DNA of 64,000 nucleotides from Lama glama (Eukaryota): the NCBI GenBank assembly GCA_028534125.1, contig CM052816.1, forward strand, positions 37,202,001 to 37,266,000, in the 5' to 3' direction. A program made the position numbers and the translations under genes. Under the pieces are notes generated by a model. It worked only from the letters and a program-made list of their open reading frames with translations. It was not told the origin of the DNA and did not search any database. Of the stretch, positions 27,160 through 39,921 are shown in pieces. The first letter of the stretch is position 1; the number at the start of each line of letters is the position of its first letter.

Positions 27160-30100
27160 TTTAAAAAAATTGAAATATAGCTCATTTACAATGTTTTATT
27201 AGTTTCAGGTATATAGCATAGTGATTCAGTATTTTCATAGTTTATATTCCACTTACAGATATTACAAAATAATGGCTATATTTCTTGTGCTGTACAATAT
27301 GTATCCTTGTTGTGTATCTCTTTTGTCCGTAACAGTTTCTATCTCCTGACCTCATATTCGTATCTTGTGCCTCCCCCTTCCCGCTTTTTCACTGGTAACC
27401 ACTAGTTTGTTCTCCATGTCTGTGAGTCTCTTTCTGTTTTATTATATGTATTAACTTGTGTTATTTTTAAGTATAAACATACAATGTAAGTGATAACATA
27501 ATATTTGTCTCTCTCTGTCTGACTTAATTTACTAAGCATAGTATTCTCTGGGCCATGCTTATTGTTGCAAATGACAGCATTTCCATTTATATGGCTGAGT
27601 AATTCTTTATACATACACACCACATCTTCTTTATCCATTCATCTGTTGATGGACATTTGGGTTGCTTCTGTATCTTGGCTATTGTAAATAATACTGTTAT
27701 GAACATTGGGTGCATTTTCTTTTTTTTCTGAGATGGTGTTTTTAGGTAAGAGAGGAATTAGTGGGTCGTATGTTAGTGCTATTTTTGGTTTTTTGAAGAA
27801 TTTTCATACTGTTTTCTATAATGGCTGCACCAATTTACATTGGCACCAACGGTATACTAGGGTTCTCTTTTCTCCACATCCTCACCAACGTTTGTTATTT
27901 ATAGACTTTAATGATGGCCATTCTGACAAGTATGAGATGATACCTCATTGTGATTTTGATTTGCATTTTCCCGGTGATCAGTCATGTTGAGCATCTTTAC
28001 GTGTGCCTATTGGATATCTGTATGCCTTCTTCGGAAAGGTGTCTATTCAAGACTTCTACCCATTTTTAAATCAGGTTGTTTGTTCCTTTGATATCGAGTT
28101 ATATGAGCTGTTTATATATTTTGGATATTAATCCTCTATTGGTTATGTCACATGCAAATATTCTCTCCCATTCAGTGGGTTATCTTTTTGTTTTCCTGAT
28201 GGTTTCCTTTGCTGTGCAAAAGCTTTTAAGTTTAATTAGGTCCTATTTATTTATTTTTGATTTTTTCTTTTGCCTTAGGAAACAGATCTGAAAAAATTAC
28301 TATAATTTTATGTAATAGAGTATTCTGCCTATGTTCTTTTCTAGGAGTTTTATGATTTAATATCTTTCATTTAGGTTTTGAATCTATTTTGAGTTTATTT
28401 TTATATATGGTATGAGGAAGTGTTCTAACCTCATTCTTTTACATGTTGCTGTCTAGTTTTCCCAGCACCACTTTTTGAAGAGACTATCTTTTCTCCATTG
28501 TGTATTCTTGTTTTTGTTTTTAGGGGAAGGCACGAATGCAGTTCCCCACTACCGCAAATTATGTGGTTGAGTCTCTCACATTTGGGGAAATTGCAAGGGT
28601 CAGCACAATGGGAGTGCAATGGATAAGACTTACCCCAGGAAAACCACCTTTGTGATCATGGTGTCTCCCCTGCCATGTAAGTATCCATTGTATATTCTTC
28701 CTCCTGTGTCATAGATTACTTAACCATAAGTGGATGGGTTTATTTCTGGGGTCTCTATTCTGTTCCGTTGATCTATGTGTCTGTTTTTTTTGTGCCAGTA
28801 CCATGCTATTTCGATTACCATAGCTTTATAATATAGTCAGAAATCAAGAAATGTGATACCTCCAATTTTGTTATTTTATTCTCAAAATTGCTTTGGCAAT
28901 TTGGGGTCTTTTGTGGTTTGATATAAATTTTCAAATTATTTTCTTCTAGTTCTGTGAAAAAGTCATAGTTTTTTAATGCAAATTGCATTCAATCTGTAGA
29001 TTGTGCTGGGTAGCATGAACATTTTTACAGTATTAATTCTTCCAAGAACACAACCTATCTTTCCATTTCTTTGTATCATCTTCAATTTCCTTCATCACAG
29101 TATTTTATAGTTTTCAGAGTATAGGCCTTTTCCCCTTTTGATTAATTTTTCCCTTGGTATTTTATTCTTTTTGATGCAATTCTAAATGGGTTTGTTTGTT
29201 TTTTGCTTTCCTTCTGATATTTCATTATTAGTGTACAGAAAAGTAAGTGATTTATGTATATTCATCATGTATCCTGAACTTTGCTGCATTTATTGTTAGT
29301 TGTAATAGCATTTGGTAGAGACTTTTGGGTAATCATGTTGTCTGTAAAGAGTAACAGTTTTACTGCCCTTCCAATTTTTATACCTTTTATTTCTTTTTCT
29401 TACGTACTGCTGTGGCTAGGACTTCCAATACCATGTCAAATAAAAGTAGTGATAGTGGGCATCCTTGTCTTTTTCCTGATTTTAGTGGAAAGGCTTTCAG
29501 CTTTTCACAGTTGAATATGATGTTAACTGTGGGCTGTCCATAAATACGCTTTATTACATCTATATATGTTCCCTCGCTATACACTGATGAGAGATGTCAT
29601 TATGAATGGATATTGATCTTTTTCAAATGCTTTTTCTGCATATATTGAGATGACCATGTGATTTTTTTTAATACTTCCTTTTGTTTAATGTGGTATATCA
29701 CATTGATTGATTTGTGAATGTTGAACCATCCTTATGACTCTGGAATAAATCCCACTTGATCATGTTGCATGATCCTTTTTATATATTGTTGAATTTGGTT
29801 TTCTAATGTTTTGTTGACGACTTTTGCATCCATATTCATCAAAGATAAGAGTCTGTAGTTTTCTTTTTTGGTAATGTCTTTGTCTGGTTTTGGGGACCCA
29901 GTAGAAACAATCTGGGAATAGTTTCTTCTCAAAAAAATTTTTTTAATAGTTTGAAAAGGCTAGACATTAGTTCTTTTTGGTAGATTTCCCTGTGAAGCCA
30001 TCTGATCCTGGACTTTGATTGCTGGGAGTTCTTTTATTATAAAATCAATTTCACAACTAGTGATCTATCTGTTCAAATTGTGCATGCTTTCTTGATTCTC

Positions 30101-31632
30101 TCTTGGTAGGTTGTATGTTTCTAGAAATTTATCCATCTCTTTTAGATTGTCCAACTTGTTGGCATGTACTATTTATAGTATTCTCTTATGATTTTTTTTT
30201 TAATCTCTGTGGTACCAGTTGTTATTTCTCCCTTTTCATATCTTATTTTTGTTTATTTGGATGCTCTCTATTTTCTTCTTTATAAGCTAGGCTAAATAAA
30301 AATTTGTCAGTTTTATTCATTGTTCCAAAAAACGAGCTCTTGGTTTTTTATTTATTTCCTTCCTGATCTGTATTATTTCCTTCCTTCTGCTGACTTCAGA
30401 ATTTGTTTGTTCTTCCTTTTCTAAATCCTGTAGATGATAGATTAGGTTCTTTTTGTTTCTTCTCTTGTAGTTTGATGATTTTCTTTATTGTTATGCTTGT
30501 TTTCCTTTAATTCCAGTTTTTGTGTAACTACTGAGGGTTTTTAATTTGTGGTTACCATGTGGAACTCATATATGTTAATCTATAACTATATCTACTTGTT
30601 TTAAAGTGGTAATCACTAAGTTAAAACACATTCTAAAAGAACTACCTTTTCTACTCTCTCCCCAACATTCTGTGGTTTTGATGTCATATTTTACACCTTT
30701 GTGTTTACCTTTTCAATGTTTATGATAGTATTGTTGCATTTTTTCTTGTAATCATCATACTGACCTACTGAAGTAGTTAATCCTCAGCTCTACTATATAT
30801 TTGGCTTTCTTACTGGTATTTTTCCCTTCTTTTAGATTCTTACTTCTTTTTATAGCCTTTTATTTTACACTTAGAAAAGACGCCAGTGTTTCTTTTAGAT
30901 TAGGCTTAGTATTGGTGAACTTTTAGTTTTTGCTTGTCTGACAAGTTCTTTATCTCTCCTTTAATTTTAAATTAATTTAAAATTTAGTTCAATTTAATTA
31001 TTAAATTTTAAATTAATTTAAATTTTAAATGATAATCTTGCTGTGTAGAGTACCGCGGTTGCAGATTTTTCCCTTTCAGCACTTTAAATGTATCATGCCA
31101 TTCCTTTCTGTAAAATTTCTGGAGAAAAATCAGCTGATAGTCTTATGGGAATTCCCTTATATATGACTCTTTTTTTTCTCTTGCTGCGTTTAGAATTTTC
31201 TCTTTAACTCTTGCCATTTTAATTATATTTCTTAAAGTGGATCTGTTTGTGTTCATCTTGTTTGGAACCATTTGTGCTTCCTGTACCAGAGTATCTGTTT
31301 CTTTCTTCAGGTTTTGGAAGTTTTCAGTCATAATTTTATGAAATACATTTCCAACCTTTTTCTCTTTTGTTTCTTTCTCTGAGACCCCTATAATGAGAAT
31401 GTTGCGATGCTTAATGTTGTCTCAGAGATCTCTTAAAGTTCTTTCATTTTTTAAAATTTGTTTTTCTTTTTGCTTTTCTGATTGTGTGATTTCCATTATT
31501 CTGTCTTCCAGATCAATTATGCTTTCTTCTGTATTACCTAGCCTGCTGCTTATTTCTTCTGTTGTGTTTTACATTTCAGTTATTGTATTCATTAGTTCTA
31601 ATTTGTTCTTCTTTATATCTTCTAGTTCCTCA
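27160..31632 (-). mobile_element. Decayed L1 (cetartiodactyl-type 3' UTR) with ORF2 and ORF1 remnants, internal deletion and nested U1 retrocopy
   Basis: Antisense ORF2 RT motifs (KENYRLLSLMNMDAKVVNK...[29 protein letters not shown]) and ORF1 (MTENFQNLKKETDTLVQEAQMVPNKMN...KEKILNAAREK); the endonuclease region appears deleted near 30455. Confidence 0.93.
28521..28684 (-). pseudogene. RNU1 (pseudogene): Full-length U1 snRNA retropseudogene
   Basis: Reverse complement ATACTTACATGGCAGGGGAGACACCATGATCAC...ATTGCACTCC...AATTTGCGGTAGTGGGG...CCTTCCCCTA aligns without gaps over 164 nt to human U1 as recalled (about 24 mismatches by hand); A-tail remnant 28510-28520; TSD ccattgtgtattctt 28495-28509 and ccattgtatattctt 28685-28699. 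Confidence 0.97.
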
Positions 31633-31760
31633 TTAAAATAATAAGTGTTAGCAAGCATGTGGAGAAAAGGGAACCTAAGTTTACTATTGCTGGAAATATA
31701 AATTGGTACAGTCACTATGGAAAACAGTATGGAGATTCCTCAAAAAATTAAAAATAGATT
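31633..31760 (+). mobile_element. Sense L1 ORF2 C-terminal fragment joined to the 5' end of the antisense L1
   Basis: aataataagtgttagcaagcatgtggagaaaagggaacc...gtcactatggaaaacagtatggagattcctcaaaaaattaaaaataga. Confidence 0.85.
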
Positions 31761-31769
31761 TCTTATAAA

Positions 31770-34255
31770 TAGCACATAGTCATTTTCCTTTATCTACTCT
31801 GATTTTATTTATATAATTTGTAAACTCTCACAATAGTGTTATCTTTGTTTCAATAATCAGTTATCTTTTAAAAAGACTTATACATATTTTTAAAAGTCAT
31901 ATATTTACAATGTGGTTTCTGTTCTCGTGTGCTTCATGGCTTTGTGTACACCCACATTTTCATCAGGGGTATTGTTTTCCTTCTACCTGAATGGCTTTCT
32001 TTAAGTTTTTTTATAGTGCAAATTTGCTTTTAATGAATACTTTCAGGCTGGTCTAGTAGCCCCAAAGTCATTTACTTTAAAGAAATTTTAAATGGTATTA
32101 TGTTTTTAACTTCAGTATCCACATAATTATTGTTAGTACGTAATGATACAATTTATTTTTGTGATGATCTTGTATTCTGGATCTTACTAAATTCACTTAT
32201 TAATTCTTTGAAAAAATATATATTTCTAGGGATTTTTCTATATAGACAACTGCATAGTATGTCATCCTTTCCTATCTGGATGCCTCTTATTTCTTCTTCT
32301 TGCCTCACTGTTCAGGTGAGAAATTCCATTACTATGTTGGGAAGGGTAGCAAGAGAAGACATCTTTGCATTGTTCCTAATCTCAAGGAAAGCATTGATTA
32401 TTTCATTATTAAGTATGATGTTAGCTTTTGAGATTTTTTTGGAGTTTTTTCTTTTAACCAGATTGAAGAATTTCTCTATTCCAAGTATGTTGACAGTTTT
32501 ATCTTGAATGGTATTGGATTTTATCAAATGCTTTTTAATATGTTAACTGATCATATTATTATGTCAATTGAGTATTTTTTTTTTCTTTTAGCCTGTTGCT
32601 GTTGTGGATTATACTGCAATTGTAGGTTAATTGCCAAATGCTGAACCAGTCTTTCATACCTGGAGTAAATCCCACTTGTTCTTATTGTAAAATTAATTAT
32701 TTTTATAAATACTCAGATTTTATTTACTAACATTTTATTGAAGATTCTTGCATCTAATTTCTTAAGAGATATTAGTCTGGAGTTTTCTTTTCTTCTACTA
32801 TTTTTGTTGAGCTTTCTTACTTAAAAGAAAACATTTAAGCTTGACTATAGAATTCTAGATTGATAGTTGTTTTGTTTTTGTTGTAATTTGTTTTCAGTTT
32901 TCATTATTCCTGATTAAAAAAATCTGCTGTCATCATTACCTTTGTTACTGTGTATGTAGCGTTTCCCTCTCTCTACATACTGTTAAGATTGTGTTCTTAT
33001 TTCTGATTTTGAGCAATTCAATTATGATATGCTTTGGTTTAGTGCTTTTAGTTTTATTATGCTAGATTCATTGACTTTAAATCTATAGGGTTTTTTTTTA
33101 ACAAATTTAGAAAAGTTTCAACATTGATTCTTCAAATATTTTTCTTTCTTATACTTCTCTTTCTTCTTTTTGGGAATTCCAATTACATGCATATTGAACA
33201 GTTCACTAATGCTCTGTTTATTTTTTTTTTGATATCTTTTTACCTCTCTGTTTCATATTGGATAGTTTATCCTACTGTGGGTTGAAGTTCTTTCTTCTGC
33301 CATGTCTGATCTTCTACTAGTTATATTCAATGTATATTTCCTCTCAGACGTTGTACTTTCTATTTCCTGAAGTTCAGTTTGGAACTTTTTCTATCTTCCT
33401 TACTAGTGCTTAACTGCGTAAACATGTTTGATACAGTTGCAACAATTGACTTTATGTCCCTGTTTTCTAACTGTGACATCTGTGCTAATATTCTGGATCT
33501 ACTACAATTGATTGATTTTTCTTCTCATAATGGGTCATATTTACTACTTCTACTTCATATGCCTGGTAATATTTTACTGACTGTGAGGCAGTATGAATTT
33601 TACCTTGCTAGGCCCTGGGTATCTTTGTATTCCTATAAAAATTCTTGAACTTTCTTAAGAGACACAGTTAAGTTACTTGGAAACATTAAAACTCTTGGGT
33701 TTTGATAGTAAGATTTGTTTAGCAGAATCAAGGCAGCATTTATTCCTCTACTGACAAAATGCTTCTGAGTAATTTTACTTGAGTTCCGAGTTATCTACTT
33801 TGGCTGAAATATAAGATCAGAAATAATTCCCTAATCCATTTGATGGTCTTTCCCCAGCCTTAGTTTCTTCACACACAGGTACTGATCAGGACTCTACTGG
33901 ACATCTTTTGCAGACTTTCAGGGTTATGACTATGTGCAGCAATCTTCTCTCTAGTTCCCTAATCTTCAAATATTGGTTGTCTTTGTCTCTGTGGATTCTA
34001 ACCTCTGTCTCCCCTCTGCAATTCAGGGCTCCACTTGGGCTCTCCTCCTGCATCACGTTTGGTATAGTCTTTAAAGGCCATAATCTGTACAATTTCAGTG
34101 GTCACATCACTTGTTTCCCATCTTTCAGAGACTCTTTGTATGAAGTCTAGCATCTTGAAAAGCATTGTTTCATATGTTTTGTCTTCTATTTTGTTGTTTC
34201 ACAAAGGAAATTAAATCCATTCCCTGTTATTCCATTTCTTAAAGCAGAAGTCCTT
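31770..34255 (-). mobile_element. Mosaic of old L1M fragments (ORF2 RT piece about 32060-32810; inter-ORF/ORF1/5' pieces on either side)
   Basis: ORF 32312-32527 (LGIEKFFNLVK...KANIILNNEIINAFLEIR...LPNIVME) resembles L1 RT; flanks carry antisense ORF1/5' L1M-like motifs. Confidence 0.7.
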
Positions 34256-35127
34256 CTTCACTTCTTAATAGCTGTGTGACCTTGTACAAGGATACTACTT
34301 TCAGGTTAATAATTGTTCCTGTTTCACAGATATTATCAAACAATGCAAGCAAGATTATTATATATTAAATCTGTGTTACATAGGGCATGGAATAAAAGAA
34401 AGACTCAGTCCTTATTTAATTACCTCACAAATTTCTAAAAAGTATTAGTATTTTCTTTTACATAATGTCAATAGAGTAGAAGTCAGAATTAAGAACTTTT
34501 AAAAAGAATTATAATAATTTTAGCACCTGATGCTCTTAAAAAGGTTGGTGAATATTTAAAAAACTCTTTGTGCTGGAAAGCAAGTAAGTAAACTCAATAA
34601 AATAATTGAAAGAAAATACATAGTGTATAAGTTTAAAATGTTCATAATTATTGTGTCAAAAATTCTAATTTCAGAACACTTTCTTAAAGAAATTATCAAA
34701 AATGAACAAAGAGGTGTATGGGTAAAGATGACAGGTTTTGCTATTTATAATACGGTGTTTCTACTTTTTTTGAGTTACTGATAATTGAGCAAATTCTTCA
34801 GTATGAAGCAAATAATCTATTGATGTTTTAGAAAAAATGAGAAGACTAGTTGTCACATGAATGAGTGATAGCAACATCGTCTAGGATGGAAAGGCAAAAA
34901 AAATGCAGTTGCACCCTGGCTCCTATCTTCTGAGTGACCTGAGCTGCTTCCTCATTTGTACATTGGGATACAATGCCTACAGTCTGGTTGTCTAGTTGTG
35001 GTGTGGATTAAAGTCACATAACAAACATCTGACTTAAAGAATATTCTCCATTCACAGTGGATGGATATTATTAATAAAGGTCCAAACTGTCTCTCTCATT
35101 TTGTTTGAATCAATATTTTCAGACAAT

Positions 35128-35160
35128 TGTATCATAGTTTCTAGAGAAAAAGACCAGTTT

Positions 35161-35209
<49 letters not shown>

Positions 35210-35635
35210 ATGTATCTGTGTCTGGGTGTAGATGTGTATGTTTATAAATGTATGTATGTATATATGTGCTATGCATGTATAAATACATACATGTGTGTAT
35301 TTACAGAGAGAGAGAGAGAAAGACTGACGGAGATTTATTGTTTCACTTGATTGTGAGGGATGGACAATTAAAATCTGAAATCTATATGGCAGGAATAATT
35401 TCTTCCTCTCCAGAAACCTCAGTTTTTGCCCTTAAGACCAAACTGATTAGATTCAACTAATTGGATGAGGCCCACCCACATTATCGAGGATAATCCCCTT
35501 TTGTTAAACTCAACTGATTATAGTTTTTAAACATATCTACAAAATAGCTTCCCAGCAACACCTAGATTGGTGTTTCATTAAATAATTGTGTACCATAGCC
35601 TAGCCAAACTGACACATAAGGTTAACCATCCCACA
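35128..35635 (-). mobile_element. MLT2-family (ERVL) solo LTR with expanded internal microsatellite
   Basis: Ends ...atagcctagccaaactgacacataaggttaaccatcccaca; internal ggatgaggcccacccacattat; begins tgtatcatagtttctagagaaa. Confidence 0.85.
35161..35215. repeat. (TA)n(TG)n compound microsatellite
   Basis: Direct reading. Confidence 0.95.
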
Positions 35636-36069
35636 AATCCTCATGAAACTGTAATAGCTTATGGAGGCTCTTCAGGAAAGGTAGAGGTTAGAAAAGAGGA
35701 TTTCTGCACCATCTTTTTCAAGAAATGATTCCTTATTTAAAGTTATATTAGTTCAAATTTCTGTTTTAATTTTTTCTTTAAAAACACTTTAAGATCTAAA
35801 ATGTAGTTGGAAAAGTAGATCGAGGTTTTTTTTTCTAAAATAACTTGGTTAAATACAACAATATTAAGTTAGAAAGTATTACTCTTATTTCTAAACAAAG
35901 TAAAATAAACATTAATTATATTACTATTACCTGACTTTTTGAATTCTTATCACAGTAGGCTGTGTGAAAATATTTATGAAACTAAGACATAGAGCAATTT
36001 GTAACTTGTGCAAAAGTGATACAACTTCTACATATAATATTTCTAGGTTCTATCCATGCTTATCCTACC

Positions 36070-36780
36070 ATGGTAGATTGCATTTTCCAAAATGGCCATA
36101 ATAACAGCTCTAGTCCCAGATGCTTTTCATGAATATTGCCACTCCTCCACGAGGAACAGATTGAATCTAGGTGAACATGTTATTTGCTTGTAACTAATAA
36201 AATGCTGCTGAAATGATGCCGCATGACCTTGTATACAAAGTCATAAAAGGCAATGGAGCATCTTCTACCTTGCTCATTGGAATATTCATGATTACAACTT
36301 CTGCCGACATATAAGCAATATGACTGCCCTGATGCTGTTATCCAGTGAAGAATCTCCAGTGAAGAATCTACTACCACTTGTTAAAATCCACATGGAGCTA
36401 CCCTAATTTGAAAATAAAGAGATCTCCAGCCAGTCCCCAGCTGTTCCAGCCCTCCTGATGTGTCATAGTCTTACTGCTGACTTCTGAGGTACTTGAGCCA
36501 GAACCATACAAATGAATCCTATCAAGAACTATGCAGGGTCACTATACCTGTCTTCTAAGGCTCACTTCTGTACAAGTGAAAAACTGGTATGGAACATAGT
36601 TGTCAATGCCTCTTGCTTAGAAGTTGGGCAGAAATGCAAGAGACATGGAAAATTGTTTCCCAACAAACTTCCAAATTTCTGACCCAGAAACACTGTTAGA
36701 TATAATAAAATCAAATAAAATGTTACTTTTAGCCATTAAATTTGGGGGTGATTTTTAGACTACCACAATAAAGGAAATAC
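36070..36780 (+). mobile_element. MaLR LTR (MLT1G/H-like)
   Basis: tggtagattgcattttccaaaatggcc...cagccagtccccagctgttccagcc...aatttctgacccagaaacactg...ttttagccattaaatttgggggtgatt. Confidence 0.75.
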
Positions 36781-37014
36781 TATGATTGGATGCAGAGATC
36801 TTAACAATCAATATAATACATTTATCAAGATATTAGCTGTCGACTAATACCAAGGACCTGAAAAAATACAACAAAGTAAGAGTCAACATTTGAGGGGAAG
36901 TAGGAACTAAAAAGCTTTAAAAATTATTCAGAACCCTGGACACAACAGTAAATGGGACGAAGGGAAATTCAAGTCAAATATGATGCAGAGATCCAAGGCA
37001 AATTAATCAAATTT

Positions 37015-37490
37015 CACTCAGCTATGGTTGCTGTAACAAATTATCACAGACTTGGTAGTTTAAAAAACTTAAATTTATTCTATTATAGTTCTAGAGGCCA
37101 GAAGTCCAAAATCAGTATTGATAGGTTAAAATCAAGATTTAGCAGGACATGGCTCCCTCCGGAGGCTTTAGGGAAGAATCCATTTCTTGCCTCTTCCAGA
37201 TTCCGGGGACTACTACATTACTTTGCTTGTGGCCTTATCATTAACATATCTGCCTCTGCATTAAATAACCTTACCCTTTCCTTTTGTGTGTAATCTTCCC
37301 CTGCCCCTCTCTCATAGGGACACCTGTAATTGAATGTAGGACCCACCTAAAATAATCTGGGATAATCTCCCCATCTCTGGATCCTTCGCTTAATTTTATC
37401 TGCATAGGCTCTTTTTCAATATAAGGTAACATTTACAGATTCTAGGGATTAAGATTTGTTATCTTTGGGACCCATCATTCCACCTACTGT
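37015..37490 (-). mobile_element. MaLR LTR (MLT1C/D-like)
   Basis: gttgctgtaacaaattatcacagacttggtag...gttctagaggccagaagtccaaaatc...ggataatctccccatctc...ataaggtaacatttacagattctagggatta...attccacctac. Confidence 0.85.
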
Positions 37491-37884
37491 ATACAGTTAC
37501 ATTCATCAGTTATTGCAATGAAAATGCTGCAAAACAAACAGAAACAAAATCTCAGCTACTATGTTTCTGCCAATTCCATCTGAGTTCAGCTGGGTTAGGT
37601 TGACACTGGATTTATTGCCTTCAGGTATCCTCTGTATAACAAATGTTGAGAACCCCAAGGCCAGGTCTCTTTCTCAGCACAATTACAAAACACAGCCACT
37701 TGGTTTTGTACCCATGAAGGGTACTTTTCAGGAGAAACTGAACTACAGAAAAGACACATAGAAATAGCATTTTGGTGCCTCCAGTGAAGAACCCAGCCAT
37801 CCAACCAATTATTCTGCATTAAACCCACCAGTCAATATATAATATGTAGACAAAGCTTCTAATATTTTTAAATTTTACTTTAAA

Positions 37885-38050
37885 ATGCATACACACATCA
37901 GTGTAACAAATGTACCACTCAGGTACAGAGTATTGATAGTTAGGGATGGTGTGCACATGTGGGGACAGGGAACATATGGGAACTCTCTACTGTCCAATTT
38001 TTCTGTGCCTCTCAAACTGCTCTAAAAATAAAGTTTATTAATTAAAAAAG
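37885..38050 (+). mobile_element. L1MC-type 3' terminus
   Basis: gtaacaaatgtaccact...atatgggaactctctact...aaactgctctaaaaataaagtttattaattaaaaaa. Confidence 0.8.
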
Positions 38051-39899
38051 TATAGGCCCCCAAGAATCTCTAGTCATTTGTATAAAGACTTAATGTAAGA
38101 GAGACATTAAGAAAAAAGGAGATCAAATGAAATAGACAGCTTCAAAGTTGTAGTTATTATCCTCATAGAAATTTAAAAAATGATCCTATATCCCTGAAAG
38201 TCTAAATGTTATTTTTAACAAGGAACAACTAGAAAGGAATAAGGAGCTCATGGAAGTTTAAAATAATATAGCTAAATTTGATAAAAATCAGTCAAGTTGC
38301 AGAAGGTAAAATAAAGTAAAATTTTTTTTCAAAGTAGAGGATAAATATAAAGACAGGATCAATTTATAGAATTCAATATTCAGTCCAGTATTTCCAGAAT
38401 AAGAGACTAGGAATGAAAATTTGTCAAAAGAAACTGGTAAAGAGGACAATAAGGGTCATTATTTTTTTAGATTGAAAAGACCTATCAAGTGCCTCACGAA
38501 ACAAGTAGAAAGAAAGAAAAATGTTCTAATGGACTTATTGAGTGTAACCCCAGGAGTATAGAGGTTAGAAAAGAATGGGTCTTGAGGATCATTGAAAGAG
38601 AGGGAAGGAAACTCTTACATAGCATGTCTAAATCTTTCTGAAAGGCTAGATACTTCTTCCTGCGGAGGATGCTTTGTACCTTTAACTTAAATCAAAACAT
38701 ATTCCTGGGGGTAGGGGAGGCAAACAAACAAACGTTTAACATCTAGGCTCCAAATGACAAGGCAGCAGTGAACTATGCTCTAGGGAGTCGAAGTGAGTAG
38801 AAAGTACTCTCTGAGGAATGAAACCCCTTGGTTTTTACATAAGACAAGGGCAGGGTAGATCTTCCTGAGAAGATGTGAGGCAGTGGATCTCTCCTACTGT
38901 TTTTCAAATCAGTGTACAGCAATATGGAAAAAAAAAAAAAACAACACACCAAAGAGTATGTCAATTATGCTAATAAATATAAATAAATAAATGAAGTCAA
39001 TGATCCTCGTAAGTGGAACTCCATCTTTAGCGAAGTAACTCAGTACCTCAAACGACTAAGTGTGCCTGCTTAGTATCTCAAATCTTCCTTTCCCACCAAA
39101 TGAGTGCTTGTCAAGTAAGGAAGAGTGCATGTTATATTTGCCGTAAAATATCATTGCCGTTCAATATAATGATAAAAATTGATTGCTAACTAGAAGGCTC
39201 TCCTCTTGATTCTTACCTGTAGAGACACAAGGACAGTCATAGTTTTTACAGACAGGATATTAATGGTTTTTTTCCTCTCGCCTTTGTCATTGCTTTTCAC
39301 ACACTTATAATTGAAGGAGCCAAACAGGCAGTAGACATGGTACATACTAAGAAACAAATCACACCTCTTAAAAGAGTTCCAAATTTAGAGCATGTTCTCT
39401 GAAAAGGGGACAGTTTACAGCAGCAGTGTCAACTATAGTGAAAGGAATATGTTTGAAAGTATTCATTCTTTGAGAGCTTTACATTATTGAATGTTTTAAA
39501 AGCAAGTATTGACAACTTTTAAAATTATTCTAGTGTGGAAAATTAGCATAGTGGGGTGTTTATTTCATGTTTTAATTATTCATTCACAGTATGTATTAAT
39601 CTTCTTTGAGGTGCCAGGTAGGGGCTAGGAGTTGGAGTCTATGCTTTGTTGCACTTTCAAAAATTAAAGAAAAAGAAGCAAATGTCTAAAAAGACTGCTG
39701 TATTTTTTTTCACTCAAATGGAATAAAATTTACTGGTCACTTGCTTTTTGAGAAAATGAAGGGTAAATTTGTAGTCTTGTATTCCAGTAGGTCTCCACTA
39801 TCTATCAAATGAAAAGTAGCATACTTTGAAGGAAGGCTTTAAATGAAGGCCTCAGATAATTAATATTGCATTTTTAGGTTTGCTTTGAAGGTCAGAGTC

Positions 39900-39921
39900 A
39901 TTATTATTATTATTATTATTA
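39900..39921. repeat. (TTA)n microsatellite
   Basis: ttattattattattattatta. Confidence 0.9.
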
